Positions 26,891 through 39,136 of a stretch of DNA of 64,000 bases are shown piece by piece (position 1 is the first letter of the stretch; every line of letters begins with the position of its first letter). Both the position numbers and the translations under genes were made by a program. The stretch is taken from positions 86,552,001 through 86,616,000 of the forward strand of contig OX597820.1 in NCBI GenBank assembly GCA_951406725.2. The letters run 5' to 3'. The stretch is from Octopus vulgaris (Eukaryota). The notes under the pieces were generated by a model that worked only from the letters and a program-made list of their open reading frames with translations, did no database searches and was not told the DNA's origin.

Positions 26891-28118
26891 TGTATGAGGA
26901 TGTTTTTTTCTTTTTTTTTGGTATCATCCTTTTTCTAAAAGGTATTGTGTGTTGCATCTGTATGTTTACGTGCATTGGAACGGGGAATAAACTTTAACAT
27001 GTGAACAGATAAAGCTGTTACTGGTTCTCTTATGAAATCCCAATACAAAATTGAAACTAGTCCGGTTGAGCCCTCTTTTAGTATTGACGGAGATGATAGA
27101 TACACGTTGTTTAATCTATTACAAATTACTGGTTAAAATCTACCGTTATATTTTGTAATACAGTATAGCATTGAAACAGAACTCTGTGAGCGCATCAGAA
27201 GTTTATTAATCTAGCTATCTAATGTGTTATATAAGCAAATTCGTTTATCCTATTTACTTAAAACTATAGTGATAGTGGGTCTGTAAACAATTCCTCAATG
27301 AACAGTTAAAGACAGATGTACTGCAGTGCTGGAATGTGGAAAACCTTCCTGTGCAGTTTCATTTGAAGACTCCACAACCATTGAAATGACCCACACTAGC
27401 ATTAAATGGAATATTATTTCCAGATCCCGTCCTTACTGATCTGGAGCTCGCAATAGCCAACTCAGTCTCTGAGGAAGATTACACATACTGTTTAGTATGA
27501 AGAATGGACTATCATATTTCTTGCAATCACGGATAGCCTTCTAATGAACTTTAAGCTTCGGGCTACTGCCAACCCGGATAATATCACCTTAGGGCTAGCT
27601 GACCCACAGGTAAGGACAAGATATTTAATCCCTATCACCCGTATATACTACAGTTTAGCCATGTTGGTCAGGCAGCTCCAATTGTAAACAAGCATCATCA
27701 AATTTGGTTACTCTGACATAAAGACTGCTGCCATTAATGTGTTTGTTCATACTGAAAGGCACTAGCTTCTTCTCCCACCATGTATGCTAGCAAATTGCAA
27801 GGAACTGATGTCGCTGTACACACTATGCCGTACTCGGATACCAAAGCGGTGCCGAAATCCTATCCGAAAACGTGGGCCCTGAAGAAATTAAAATGAAATA
27901 GCGACAGTCGCTTTCTTAACATTAACACCACGGGAACTGAGCTGAGCATCAGAGGCCTAAGCCCTCCATCTGCCTCTGAACATCACATGAGATAGTTATT
28001 TTCTATGTGCACACGAAACTTTAAGTCATATAGAAGTGAGTAAAACTCTTATGAAATACATGTAACTCCAAACAAATGTGGTGAGCGCTACTTTCTTTCG
28101 TTTATTCACTCACTCGTG

Positions 28119-28693
<575 letters not shown>

Positions 28694-28904
28694 ACATGGG
28701 CCTAATTATCTATATTTTTGTATTTACAATGAAAATGTTTGCAACATGTCTATCAACTTCTCCATTTTTCTCTTTATCATCTCGTTCACGTCTGATTTAT
28801 GGATGAATATATCTATTCATCAACTGCCAGTTATAATCTTCTAATTCACACTTCTAACCATGTTTTTATTTATCTCTATCTGTGTCTCTATCTACCTATA
28901 TATA

Positions 28905-28940
<36 letters not shown>

Positions 28941-29127
28941 ACCGACTCACGCGTATAGAGATACATATCTATCTATTTCTCTATCAACTCATCTCTCAAT
29001 AAAACTATCCACATTTATGCTTGCATAAATGCATATTATACGTCGTGCACGCACATACACCTATAGACATATATACATATATATGTGTGTATGCATGTTT
29101 GTTTGTGTGTTTGTGTGCGTGCGTGTG

Positions 29128-29162
<35 letters not shown>

Positions 29163-29329
29163 TGTGTGTGTGTATGCACATATGCATACACATATTTTTC
29201 TCAGATACTTTTATCTTTTGCAATTCACAGTCTTCGTCAAATTTCATGCTGAAAATTGGTTCCGATCAAAATGTCAGAGATATGTCAGTTGTCGCTGTTA
29301 TGTTGTATATTGTTTAATCCACGTGACAA

Positions 29330-29510
29330 TGTGGAAATAAAAGTAAAATGCTTGCTTGTCTTTCGAGACAAATTACTATAATTACATTGTTTTTATTCAT
29401 AACAATAGATCTGCTTGCGATATAAATTGTCAGTCGAAGTTAAACATTATGAAACAAACGAAGCGAAAGCACGCCATGTTTTAATCTCACGTCTGTTGAA
29501 TGATAATGAA
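29330..29510 (+). repeat. Dispersed direct repeat, copy 1 (copy 2 at ~33345-33590)
   Basis: tgt.tttc.agacaa.t.act.taattacattgttttt..cataacaa..cagtcg..ttaaacattat.aaacaa..cgaaagcacgccatg and cgtctg..gaatgataat are shared. Confidence 0.75.
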
Positions 29511-30036
29511 AGAGTACGAAGAAGAAGAAGTAAAAGAACAAGAAATAAAGAAAGGAAGATTTCTCGAGGCTTAAAAATGATTACGATCGAAATGTCACAG
29601 AAAAGTCGTTATTTTCACACTCACCAGTAACTTCTAATGCGATTCACAATTTGATCAAAGTGTCACAGATACGTGATCGGCCAGTGACGCAGTTCATAGA
29701 GTTGCTAATGCTTCATATTGTGATTATTAAGTTCACCTAAGTAAACAACAAGAGCACTGAGTAATTGGCAAAATGTCTGTTCTTTTCATGATCATGTTTA
29801 CGACTAGCTGTCACTAGAATCGCCTATGATCGAAACAGAAATGCCTCTGTAAGCCAATCCAGTAAAATAAAGTAACGTACACTATTTATGGAAGTACTGA
29901 ATACGTTATTCTGTAAGTGGAAACTTTGTTTTTAAGTACAAACACACTCTTACATTTATATATGTGTATGTGTCTGTCTCTCTGTGAGTGTGTATGTCTG
30001 TCTGTGCGTCTGTGTGTCTGTCTGTGCGTGTGTGTG

Positions 30037-30108
30037 TCTCCGACAGGGAATTGAATCCCGGACTCACGCGTGACAAGCAGGAGGTACTGTTACCTCTGCT
30101 ACGGAAGA
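30037..30108 (-). pseudogene. tRNA-Asp(GTC)-derived pseudogene
   Basis: The minus strand tcttccgtagcagaggtaacagtacctcctgcttGTCacgcgtgagtccgggattcaattccctgtcggaga (72 nt) parallels canonical metazoan tRNA-Asp (..cctgtcacgcgggagaccggggttcgattccccgacgggga). The stems contain mismatches. Confidence 0.7.
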
Positions 30109-30201
30109 CTTGCGAGTCTTCACTAAATATAGTGATAAGTATTCTCACCAACACATTTTAGAATATTCCTTTACATACAAGTGTGACTGGGTGATATAGA
30201 T

Positions 30202-30586
30202 GTCGGCGTGGCTGTGTGGTAAGATCCTTGCTTCCCAGCTGCGAGGTTCCGGGTTCAGTCCCACTGCGTGGCACCTTCAGCAATTGTCTTCTACTATAGA
30301 GTCGGACCGACAAACGCCTTGTGAGTGGAGTTGGTAGACGGAAACTGAAAGAAGCTCGTCGTATATTTATATGTATATATTTATGTGTGAACGTCTTTGT
30401 ATAAGTGTTTGTCTCCCACCACCGCTTGACAACCGTAACTTAGCGGTTCGACAAAAGGGAACCGATAGAATAAGTCCTAGTCTTTAAAAAATAACTCCTA
30501 GGGTCGATTTGTTCGACTAAAGATCTTCAATGCAGTGCCCCAGCATGGCCGCAGTCAAATGACTGTAACAAGTAAAACGTAAAAGA
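30202..30586 (+). mobile_element. SINE family A, full length
   Basis: A-box-like tggctgtgtgg, B-box-like gggttcagtccc, core gtggcacctt..gtcttctactatag, tail ccagcatggccgcagtcaaatgactg.aacaagtaaaa. Confidence 0.9.
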
Positions 30587-30605
30587 TGTGTGTGTATGTG
30601 TGTGT

Positions 30606-30829
30606 CTTTTATCTTTTCCCTTTTACTTGTTTCAGTCATTTGACCGTGGCCATGTTGGAGCACCGCTTTGAAGGGTTTTAGTCGAACAAATTGACTCCAG
30701 GGCTTATGTTTTTTAATGCCTAGTACTTATTATATCAGTGTCTTCTGCCGAACCGCTATGTTACGGAGATGTAAACACACCAACACCGATTGTCAAGCAG
30801 TTGTGAGGGACAAACATAGACACAAACAC

Positions 30830-30830
<1 letters not shown>
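30606..30830 (-). mobile_element. SINE family A, 3' half, tail-to-tail with 30202-30586
   Basis: cttttacttgtttcagtcatttgaccgtggccatgttggagcacc ... gattgtcaagc..gggacaaaca, followed by (CA)n. Confidence 0.85.
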
Positions 30831-30900
<70 letters not shown>

Positions 30901-31489
30901 AACACACACACACATAAGGAAAAATCGAAGCTGAAAATGCACTGAGAATCGTTAAAATATTTTTTATTAAAATATTTGAAGCGTTAATCGGTTTCACAGT
31001 TTACACTGATTTTCAAAAAGTTCAAATAGAAAGACATGGCTTATGTCGCAGTTGTCGTGCTTCTGACTAGTGTCTGAAGTTTGCCCTATTTTTATGTTTT
31101 GAGTAGGACTTGATTGGTAGAGGATAATCATATTACTGGTCTTAGAAATTTTTGTAGGATCCCTGCTATGTCCGTGTGTTAATATCAAGTGACAATGTTT
31201 GGTGTCGTAAGTTAAGGCTGACACAGTTGACTGAACAAGTCCAAACAATCAATGCTCTGAATGTTTTCTGTCAAGCGTTTGTAGAGAATGAACACGCAAC
31301 CACGGCTGCCCCAAAACAGTTACTATTAACCATAATTCTGGGCGCTTCTTTACACAATTGTTATTTTTTGGCATTGTGCCTTTTTCTTCCTCATAATTAT
31401 TTTTGTAATCATCTTCAAAAGGAATGCTATTGTTTCTATAAGTTGTGTTCTTCAAAATTAATCTCCTGTTTTTATTAAAACAGATAATA

Positions 31490-32142
31490 TTGTTTCTAAC
31501 GTTGGCACAAAGCCAGAAATTTGGTGGGGAGTAACATTGACTCTAATATTTCAGGGGTAATTTTTTTCTATTGATTTCGGAAGCTTGAAAAGCAAAGTAG
31601 ACTTAGGTGGGATTTGAATTCAGAATGTAAAGAACGGAACAAATTCTGTAGGGTATTTTATTTATCTTTTTTTTTTCTCGCCTATCTAACGGTTCTGCCA
31701 ATATACTGTTCTGCTAAAGCAAGTACTAATTATTTCTACTATAGGCAAAGGCCCGAAATTTTGGGGAAGGGAAATAGTCGATTTCTTTGACCCATCCCCC
31801 CACCCAATTTTCAACTGGTACTTATTTTATTGACCTCCAACTTATGAAAGGCAAAGTTGACCTCGGTAGAATTTGAACTCAGGATGCTAAGCCGGAAGAA
31901 ATATCGCTATGCATTAGTGATACTTAGTTGGCCGCCTTTACAGTTTCAAATTCTGGCACAAGGTCAGCAACTTTTAGGTTAGGGGACGGGAAAAGTCGAT
32001 TACATCGACTCCGTACTTGATTGGTACTTTATTTTATCCACCCTCAAAGGTTGGAAGACAAAATTGATCTCGATGGGATTTTAGTTCAGAATGTACAGAA
32101 CCATAAAAAATGCCGCTAAGCATTCTGTCAGTTCGCCACCTT
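31490..32142 (-). mobile_element. Three head-to-tail SINE family B copies (~31490-31710, ~31732-31937, ~31942-32142)
   Basis: Each has a ggca..aaggcc.g.aattt tail, a ctggtacttattttat-like core and an atttgaactcag-like B-box on the minus strand. Confidence 0.75.
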
Positions 32143-32262
32143 CTAAAACAGTATTTCTCAACAATTTATTTACCTAAGGCTCCCTTTGACTCCTACTTTT
32201 CCTTGGATGGACCCGCATAGCTATTTGGTGTTTGATGGTCATTTTATACTTTTGTAATTAAA

Positions 32263-32655
32263 CTAGCAGTATCGCCCGGCGTTGCTCGGGTTTGTAAGGG
32301 AAATAACTATATAAGCATTTTTAGAGAGTTATAGCCAAAAAATAGCAAAAAATGCATTAAAAATGGAAAAAAAATTATGGTAATTTTTTTTAAAAATCGT
32401 TGACTCATCGTAGACATTTTTAGAGAGTTACTTCCCTTATATAATAGCGAAAAAATGCATTAAAATGGAAAAAATGATGGTAATTTTTTTAAATCGTAGA
32501 CTCATCGTAGACGCGCGCTAATACCCAGAAGGGCTAGATATGAATCTCGACTATAAGATACCCGGTTTTGGTTAAACTGCACCGCAAAATGTGGGAGTAG
32601 TTAGGAATCTAAATCGTAGGAGACAGACACACAACTTCACTTTTATATATAAAGA
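32263..32655 (-). mobile_element. Non-autonomous Helitron
   Basis: The minus strand begins a|TCtttatatataaaag and ends with GC-rich hairpin cccgagcaacgccggg followed by gatactgCTAG|t. Inserted between A and T without a TSD; has internal direct repeats. Confidence 0.85.
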
Positions 32656-33344
32656 TATTATTAGGAATTATATTTAAAAATTGTCAAAATATTTTGTGCA
32701 TTGTAGAAGTATAACAAATTTATTGCAAATACATTTTAACAACAAAATTTTACGTGCCCCCACCACCACCACCACCAAGGGCCTTGTGAGCCTCGGTTGA
32801 GAACCACTGTTCTAAAGCAAGTAATAATAAAATCAACATGAATATGGATATTGTTGCTTCATATTCAAAGGCCAATGGGCAAGGAATTAAGATCACGCTG
32901 ATCATGCTGCTTTTGGTAGCTAATCAACAGCGAGAAAAGTTTACATCATTTGGCAACCAATCAGTGTGAAGACAGAGACTCAACACTTTAGACATTTAAT
33001 CTTTTGGTAGCCAAATGGTAGGCTAGAAGTAACAGCAGCCACATCTTACTCTTAGCTATATAGAAAGTCTAGGAGGTTGCGATTGGCTCTACTAAGACTG
33101 AACTGCATCAAAATAACAACAAAAAATCTCGGAAGGATGCTGTACATGATCGTATGATTTGTTGGAAATATCAGCCAAATCTAGAAATCATACTCTACCA
33201 CCTTAGAGTATGGAGCATACGTTGAGCAAGTATTTTTAAGATAAGAGTACACCTTTTTTTAAAATGGAGGAATGGTTACGGTCTGTTCAATTAAGGCTGA
33301 CTTGTCGCAAGTTCTGCTTGCTGACATGGCAACCACCACCAACA

Positions 33345-33590
33345 GTTTGAAAACAATGTAAAATGACCGATTGTGTTTCAAGACAAGTGACTGTAATTAC
33401 ATTGTTTTTCTCCATAACAAAAGAGTTTCTTGCTAAACAAATGTTCAGTCGGCATTAAACATTATCAAACAAGTAAGCCGAAAGCACGCCATGGTGAGGC
33501 GGCGTTTGTGAAGACATCATTTTGTTCCGTATCATCTGCTTTATGAAACAAACACGATACAGCGATCGTCTGCCGAATGATAATAGAAAG
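33345..33590 (+). repeat. Dispersed direct repeat, copy 2 (homologous to 29330-29510)
   Basis: See 29330-29510; this copy has an ~65 bp extra segment after gcacgccatg. Confidence 0.75.
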
Positions 33591-33718
33591 GAACAAAGAA
33601 AATTCACAAAGAATTTCTTTTCATCACGATTTCGAATATGAATTTTGAATAATTGTATGTGTACCTGTATGTGGATGAACGTGTTTCTATTTTTGCAACT
33701 TTATATGTGTTTATGCTT

Positions 33719-33766
<48 letters not shown>

Positions 33767-33767
33767 G

Positions 33768-33820
<53 letters not shown>

Positions 33821-33829
33821 ATATATATA

Positions 33830-33862
<33 letters not shown>

Positions 33863-34145
33863 ATAGATAGATAGAATGTATATATGTATGCATGTAAGCG
33901 TGTGTGTGTCTCTCTCTCTCTCTCTGTCTGTACATATATACGTATATCCATATAGTAGCATGTGTATATCGATAAATTTTTTTCTATATGCGTGTATATG
34001 CGTGACGGTGTAACAATGTCTATACACAATGAATATGTATGTATATGCATTTGTATATGTGCGTGTGTGTATGAACACACATGTACATATATGTTTATTC
34101 ATAATTCTGTGATATATGCATAGGTATCACATACACATACACGCA

Positions 34146-34398
<253 letters not shown>

Positions 34399-34400
34399 GT

Positions 34401-34668
34401 GTTTCTTTATTAGCCACACAGGGTTGAACACAGACGGGACAAATTACAAAGTAGGGTTTTTCTTTTTGGGGAGAAAAAAAAGTGGGGTAGGTTTTCGATC
34501 AAAAGGGATTGTAAAACGGAAAGAAAAAAAAGGTAAAAAAAGATCACTAGGGATCGTGTATCACAGAAATGTCATGATGTAAAGTGTAAAGGGGGAAGCA
34601 GATAAGGTTTATCCGTGGAAAGAAAAGCCTACGGAAAAGACCACGGTGACCTCGGTCAATAATGTCAC
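34401..34668 (-). mobile_element. 5'-truncated LINE 3' end with 10-bp target-site duplication
   Basis: The minus strand is pyrimidine-rich and ends ...ttgtcccgtctgtgttcaaccctgtgtggctaataaagaaac. Flanked by direct repeat agatagatgt (34391-34400 and 34669-34678). Confidence 0.65.
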
Positions 34669-34974
34669 AGATAGATGTTCGTATCTATTTACCGATTTAT
34701 AAGTACGAATGCTACAGTTGTTAGTAAATTTGTATTTTGCTTGTACTCTAAGTGTCTTTTTGTGCATATCAGTACAAAAAAAAAATAGTACGTGTTAGGC
34801 GTGGGCCTCATTTTATACAAACCTGTTACTGTTTTCAGCGTTTATGCACTGGGTCGGGAATACGCTAGAATGGGTTACCTTGTGAAAGAACAGCAAGTAT
34901 CATTCAATTAACACCTCGATGAAATAGACGTCGTGTTATTGAAACTGTTTACATCAAGATCATATGGTCTCACC

Positions 34975-35177
34975 TTTTATCCTTTCCTTTTTCTTTTACA
35001 TGTTTTAATCAATGAACTGCGGCCTTGCTGGGGCATCGTTTGAATGGTTTTAGTTGGACGAATCAGTGCCAGTACTTTTTTAACGCTAAGTTGCAGGGAT
35101 GTGAACAAAGCAACACCAGGCGAAGGACAAACACAATCACAAACGCAAAGACACAAACGCACACACACACATACATA
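34975..35177 (-). mobile_element. SINE family A, 3' half (5' half at 36750-36899; interrupted by nested insertions)
   Basis: cttttacatgttttaatcaatgaactgcggccttgctggggcatc ... aggacaaacaca, followed by (CA)n. Confidence 0.7.
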
Positions 35178-36053
35178 CTAGGTCTGATCAATAAGTATCC
35201 GGACTGTTGCCATAGTAACGATTTTAAAGCACGCAGACTGAAGCTGCTGGGCACAGATTGACTTTGAACTCTGATCTGCATGCGCATTAAGTTTTAACGT
35301 TCTAGCTCACTTCCGTTGTTTACAGCAGTCCTTAGAAGGAAGGTGTGTAGCGTGTGATCGTCGCATTGACCATGACAGAGAAAGTTGTCATGGTGATACA
35401 TGCTCAGAGGCTTACGCAAAGTTGCAGAAAGCGTACGGAGAGGAGTGTATGGGTCGCACACAAGTGTACGAGTGGTTCAGACGTTTCCAAAATTGTCGGG
35501 AAATGTCTTGGAGACCTGCAACCAGCAGAACTGAGAAAAATAATGCAGATGTGCGCGCAGCTTTGAGGGGAAATCGTCGAATTACCATCCGTGAGTTATC
35601 AGAGGATGTACAGGTTAGTTACGGTTCAGTTCAGTCCCTTATCACTTAAGATTTGGGTATGAGACGCGTGTCTGCCAAGTTTGTGCAAAATCTGCTTTCA
35701 GCTGACCAAGAAGGCAGTCGGATTTCAGTTGTAGAAGATCTCCTTGATTGAGTCGAGAACGATGAAAACTATTTTGAAGACTTTACGTAGACTTCTGAGC
35801 GGGTATCACCAAGCTTTTGGCGAAATCTGATGTAGATTCTCTGCTCAACTTCCTCTGTCATAGTCAATGCCACGATCAAACGCTACACACCTTACTTCCA
35901 AGCACTGCTGTAAACAGCGGAAGGGAGCTAGAATGGTAAAACTTAGTGCACATGCACGGCAGTGTTTAAGGTAAATCTATGTCAAACGGTTTTCACTCTG
36001 CGTGCTTTAGCTTCGTCGCTATGACAACATTCCTGATACTTATTGAGACCATG
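35178..36053 (+). mobile_element. Non-autonomous mariner (Tc1/mariner) fold-back derivative with long inverted arms
   Basis: TA-flanked ends ctaggtctgatcaataagtatc / gatacttattgagaccatg. Arms ~35178-35420 and ~35785-36053 are reverse complements. The interior encodes a mariner transposase N-terminal HTH region. Confidence 0.88.
35372..35775 (+). pseudogene. Mariner transposase N-terminal (paired-like HTH) fragment
   Basis: KAYGEECMGRTQVYEWFRRFQN..RPATSRTEKNNADVRAALRGNRRITIRELSEDVQVSYGSVQSLIT*DLGMRRVSAKFVQNLL; the last motif corresponds to mariner WVPHEL. In-frame stops; no DDD domain. Confidence 0.88.
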
Positions 36054-36074
36054 TATGTGTGTGTGTGTGTGTGT

Positions 36075-36745
36075 CTTATTTGCAGTTTACTATGTGTACC
36101 TCACAAGTGGGAGGGCTGTTTCGGACAAATATATTTGCTATATTCTCCGTACGTGTTTACATATACTGAGAGATGCGTGGTTTTGGAGGGTTTTAACTCC
36201 TCTTTCAAGCAAACAGGTACTTATTGTACCCTGACTTTTTATTATTTTAAATTTAGCTTATTTGAGTAATGTTTGCTGGCCACTTTATCATTATTTTTAT
36301 AGATAATAACTTTTTTGAATTTTTTTAATTTATACTTGCTCACTAACGTTCGTTTGGAAGTCGCGAGGGCCTTCTGTTGAACAACGCGCACGGAGAGGTA
36401 AATATGTTTTTTGAAATAGTTTATGTTAAGTCTGGCTGACGTACTTTGAATTGTTGGTTCAACACAAAGCGAAATCAATTGATACTAGAATGGCTATGAT
36501 CTTATTTATATTTTACTATATTTATCTTACAAGTGGGAGGACTGCTTCGGGGGAAATATAATTGCTATATTCTTAGTGCGTGTTTACATTTAGTGGGGGA
36601 TGCGCGGTTTTGGATGATTTAAACTCCTCTTTCAAGCAAACGGGTACTTATCGCACCCTGACTCTTTATTATCATTATATATTTTGCTTATTTAAATAAT
36701 GTTTGGTGGCCACTTTATGATTATTTTTATAGATAACTTATTTGA
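36075..36745 (-). mobile_element. Partial tandem repeat (~245 bp unit twice, ~180 bp spacer), probable Penelope-like pseudo-LTR remnant
   Basis: Direct repeats at ~36075-36320 and ~36501-36745. Each carries a hammerhead-like motif on the minus strand. The spacer reads LCVEPTIQSTSARLN, similar to the E..I....P.LN C-terminus of Penelope GIY-YIG domains. Confidence 0.55.
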
Positions 36746-36749
36746 ATAT

Positions 36750-36899
36750 ATATACGACAAGTTTCTTACCAAATACATTCACCGGACTTTGTTGGACCCT
36801 GGACTATAGCAGATGACACTTGCTCAAGGTGCCGTGCAGTGGGACTGAACCCGAAACTGTGTAGTTGGGAATCAAACTTCTTAAAGCACAGCCACGCCT
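36750..36899 (-). mobile_element. SINE family A, 5' half
   Basis: tacgacaagtttcttaccaaatac..gacacttgctcaaggtgcc..gggactgaacccgaaac..cacagccacgcc. Confidence 0.85.
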
Positions 36900-38554
36900 A
36901 CATCATTCGGAACTAACCCCATCAATCTTCTAACGATGTCCTTGGTTTTATCAAATGATAATTATAATTTTCTTTTGGTGTGAACAAAATCGAAACTTAA
37001 TACTAAATGGAAACCTTCAAGGAAACGCAAATGTCTTTCTATAATCACCAAACCGTCTAATTACGAACAAATTAAAAACCCAAACTATCTAGCAACCAGA
37101 CGATGAACTTCTAGAAGAAACTGAGATCCATGCAAAGTTTCTCCAATTCAAATGCATCTGAACAGAGGCAGGGGCTGTAAACAATTGTATGACGGTTTGA
37201 AAGATCCTCACGAACACAGAAATTATATGAATGCAACCAACTTTTTCTCTGATACTCATTTGGTGGAAAATTATTTTCATATTGCATTATTATACAAAAC
37301 ATTTTAATTCTCTGCTTAACTCTCCCTCTATTGTCGAATACTAACTACAAATATGCAATGAATGGTAACCAGACATGTATCATGAAGTTTAAGCTATTTT
37401 CTGGGTGTACCACACTAGCTGCTCTAATCTCGTTAGAAACAAAGTATTATCTCTTTAGAAACTAGGCATTATCTTCTGGAGTAGCTATTCTAATCTCGTT
37501 AGGAATTAGACATTGTATCTTAAAAATTCACGGAAACAACAGCGATTCACCTACTCAAAAACAAAGAAACAATATGACACGGCTTTAACTGCCATGGCTT
37601 ATCACATGTCAGATGCAGGTGAGAGTCTTATGCAAAACATACGAAACATAATTATCTGCATCATTATTTAACTATTTTTACTGAGTTACAATATGTATTC
37701 CACATTGGAGCAAACACGACTGATACTTTTGCAGCGAGGTAGTCGAGGGAGAGGAACATGAGGAAAATAGAGACTTATACACTGTAATCGATTACATCAT
37801 AAACATCAACGATGCGAAGGCCGTCAGCTGATTCAGAGCATATGTAGTATCCAGGACCTAGTGTTAAAAATCATGTTCTCGTTCCATCAATAATGATGGT
37901 TTCAGCTTGTTAATACATATTTACATAAGTGTACTTACATATTTACGAACTACATACAAAAACGTTCCCCTGTTTACCAGTAATCAATAGCACAAAGAAA
38001 AGTCTTGTAATGTTGTCACTGATATTTACTCAGTTTTTTTCTTCGTATCTGCTCAAGTTTGAAGCAAACATAGAGTACCATTAGTATGGAGATCTAATCA
38101 ATCACAAATAATTCAAAGTTCACATAAAACATAGACGGAGATTCTTTGTGAACTGATCTTTGCTACTTTTGTAACTACGGATATTATGTTAATGATATTA
38201 AACAATATGCTTATGTAAACACTTATTCTGAGATCGGAAACAAATAGGAAAAATTCGCTCGATAGGAGTTCACACACACACACACACACCATGCACGCAT
38301 ACTCACACACAAGCGCACAAGAGTTTATACACACACACACTTACACATACATATGTGTGTGAGTGTGTGCGTATAAACTCATGTCGAGCGAAAAATGTGA
38401 AGAATGAATTCCACCTTTTACACACGCACACAAACACACATACACACATATATACGTATACAAATGCATATACATACATGCATATATATATGCATATACA
38501 TACATGCATATATATATATATGTATATATATATATATGTATATATATATGTATA

Positions 38555-38608
<54 letters not shown>

Positions 38609-38645
38609 CATAAGAGAACAAGGTGTACGTTACGCCGCAATAATA

Positions 38646-38705
<60 letters not shown>

Positions 38706-38706
38706 C

Positions 38707-38780
<74 letters not shown>

Positions 38781-38792
<12 letters not shown>

Positions 38793-39136
38793 AAATCCGT
38801 TCTGTCTCCGTGTGTGTCTTCTAGGATCTCGGGCATCCTTTATCCGATTGCGCTCAAATTTGATACGTAGATACCGACGGTATCAGGGCGTGTATAAGTC
38901 TTGAAAAAATTACAAAAATCGATTCTAAGTGAGAATGCGTTCGATAAAGCCGTGGGAACGTTCATTTGTACGCGCAAGCATATCAGCTGTTGCGATCGAT
39001 ACTGCGCGTACGCGAGAAAAATGCACGTACAGTTTGCACAAAAAAGGTCGACCGGCTTGAAATAATGTCACGTGAAAATTTTGTTTAAATGTTTGACAAC
39101 TCAGCACTGTCCATTGGACGGGAGGCGCTTTGCTCG
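38781..39136 (+). mobile_element. Non-autonomous Helitron-like element in (TA)n (duplicate at ~47321-47676)
   Basis: 5' tatataatataaaatccg..tgtctccgtgtgtgtc..ccgattgcgctcaaatttg; 3' short hairpin gtccattggac and terminal gctcg|t; CpG-rich; flanked by (TA)n. Confidence 0.6.

Noticed and set aside
27290-27990. Higher-GC unique-looking block, possible exon or retroelement remnant
   Set aside because: No ORF of 60 aa or more in the track and no identifiable motif.
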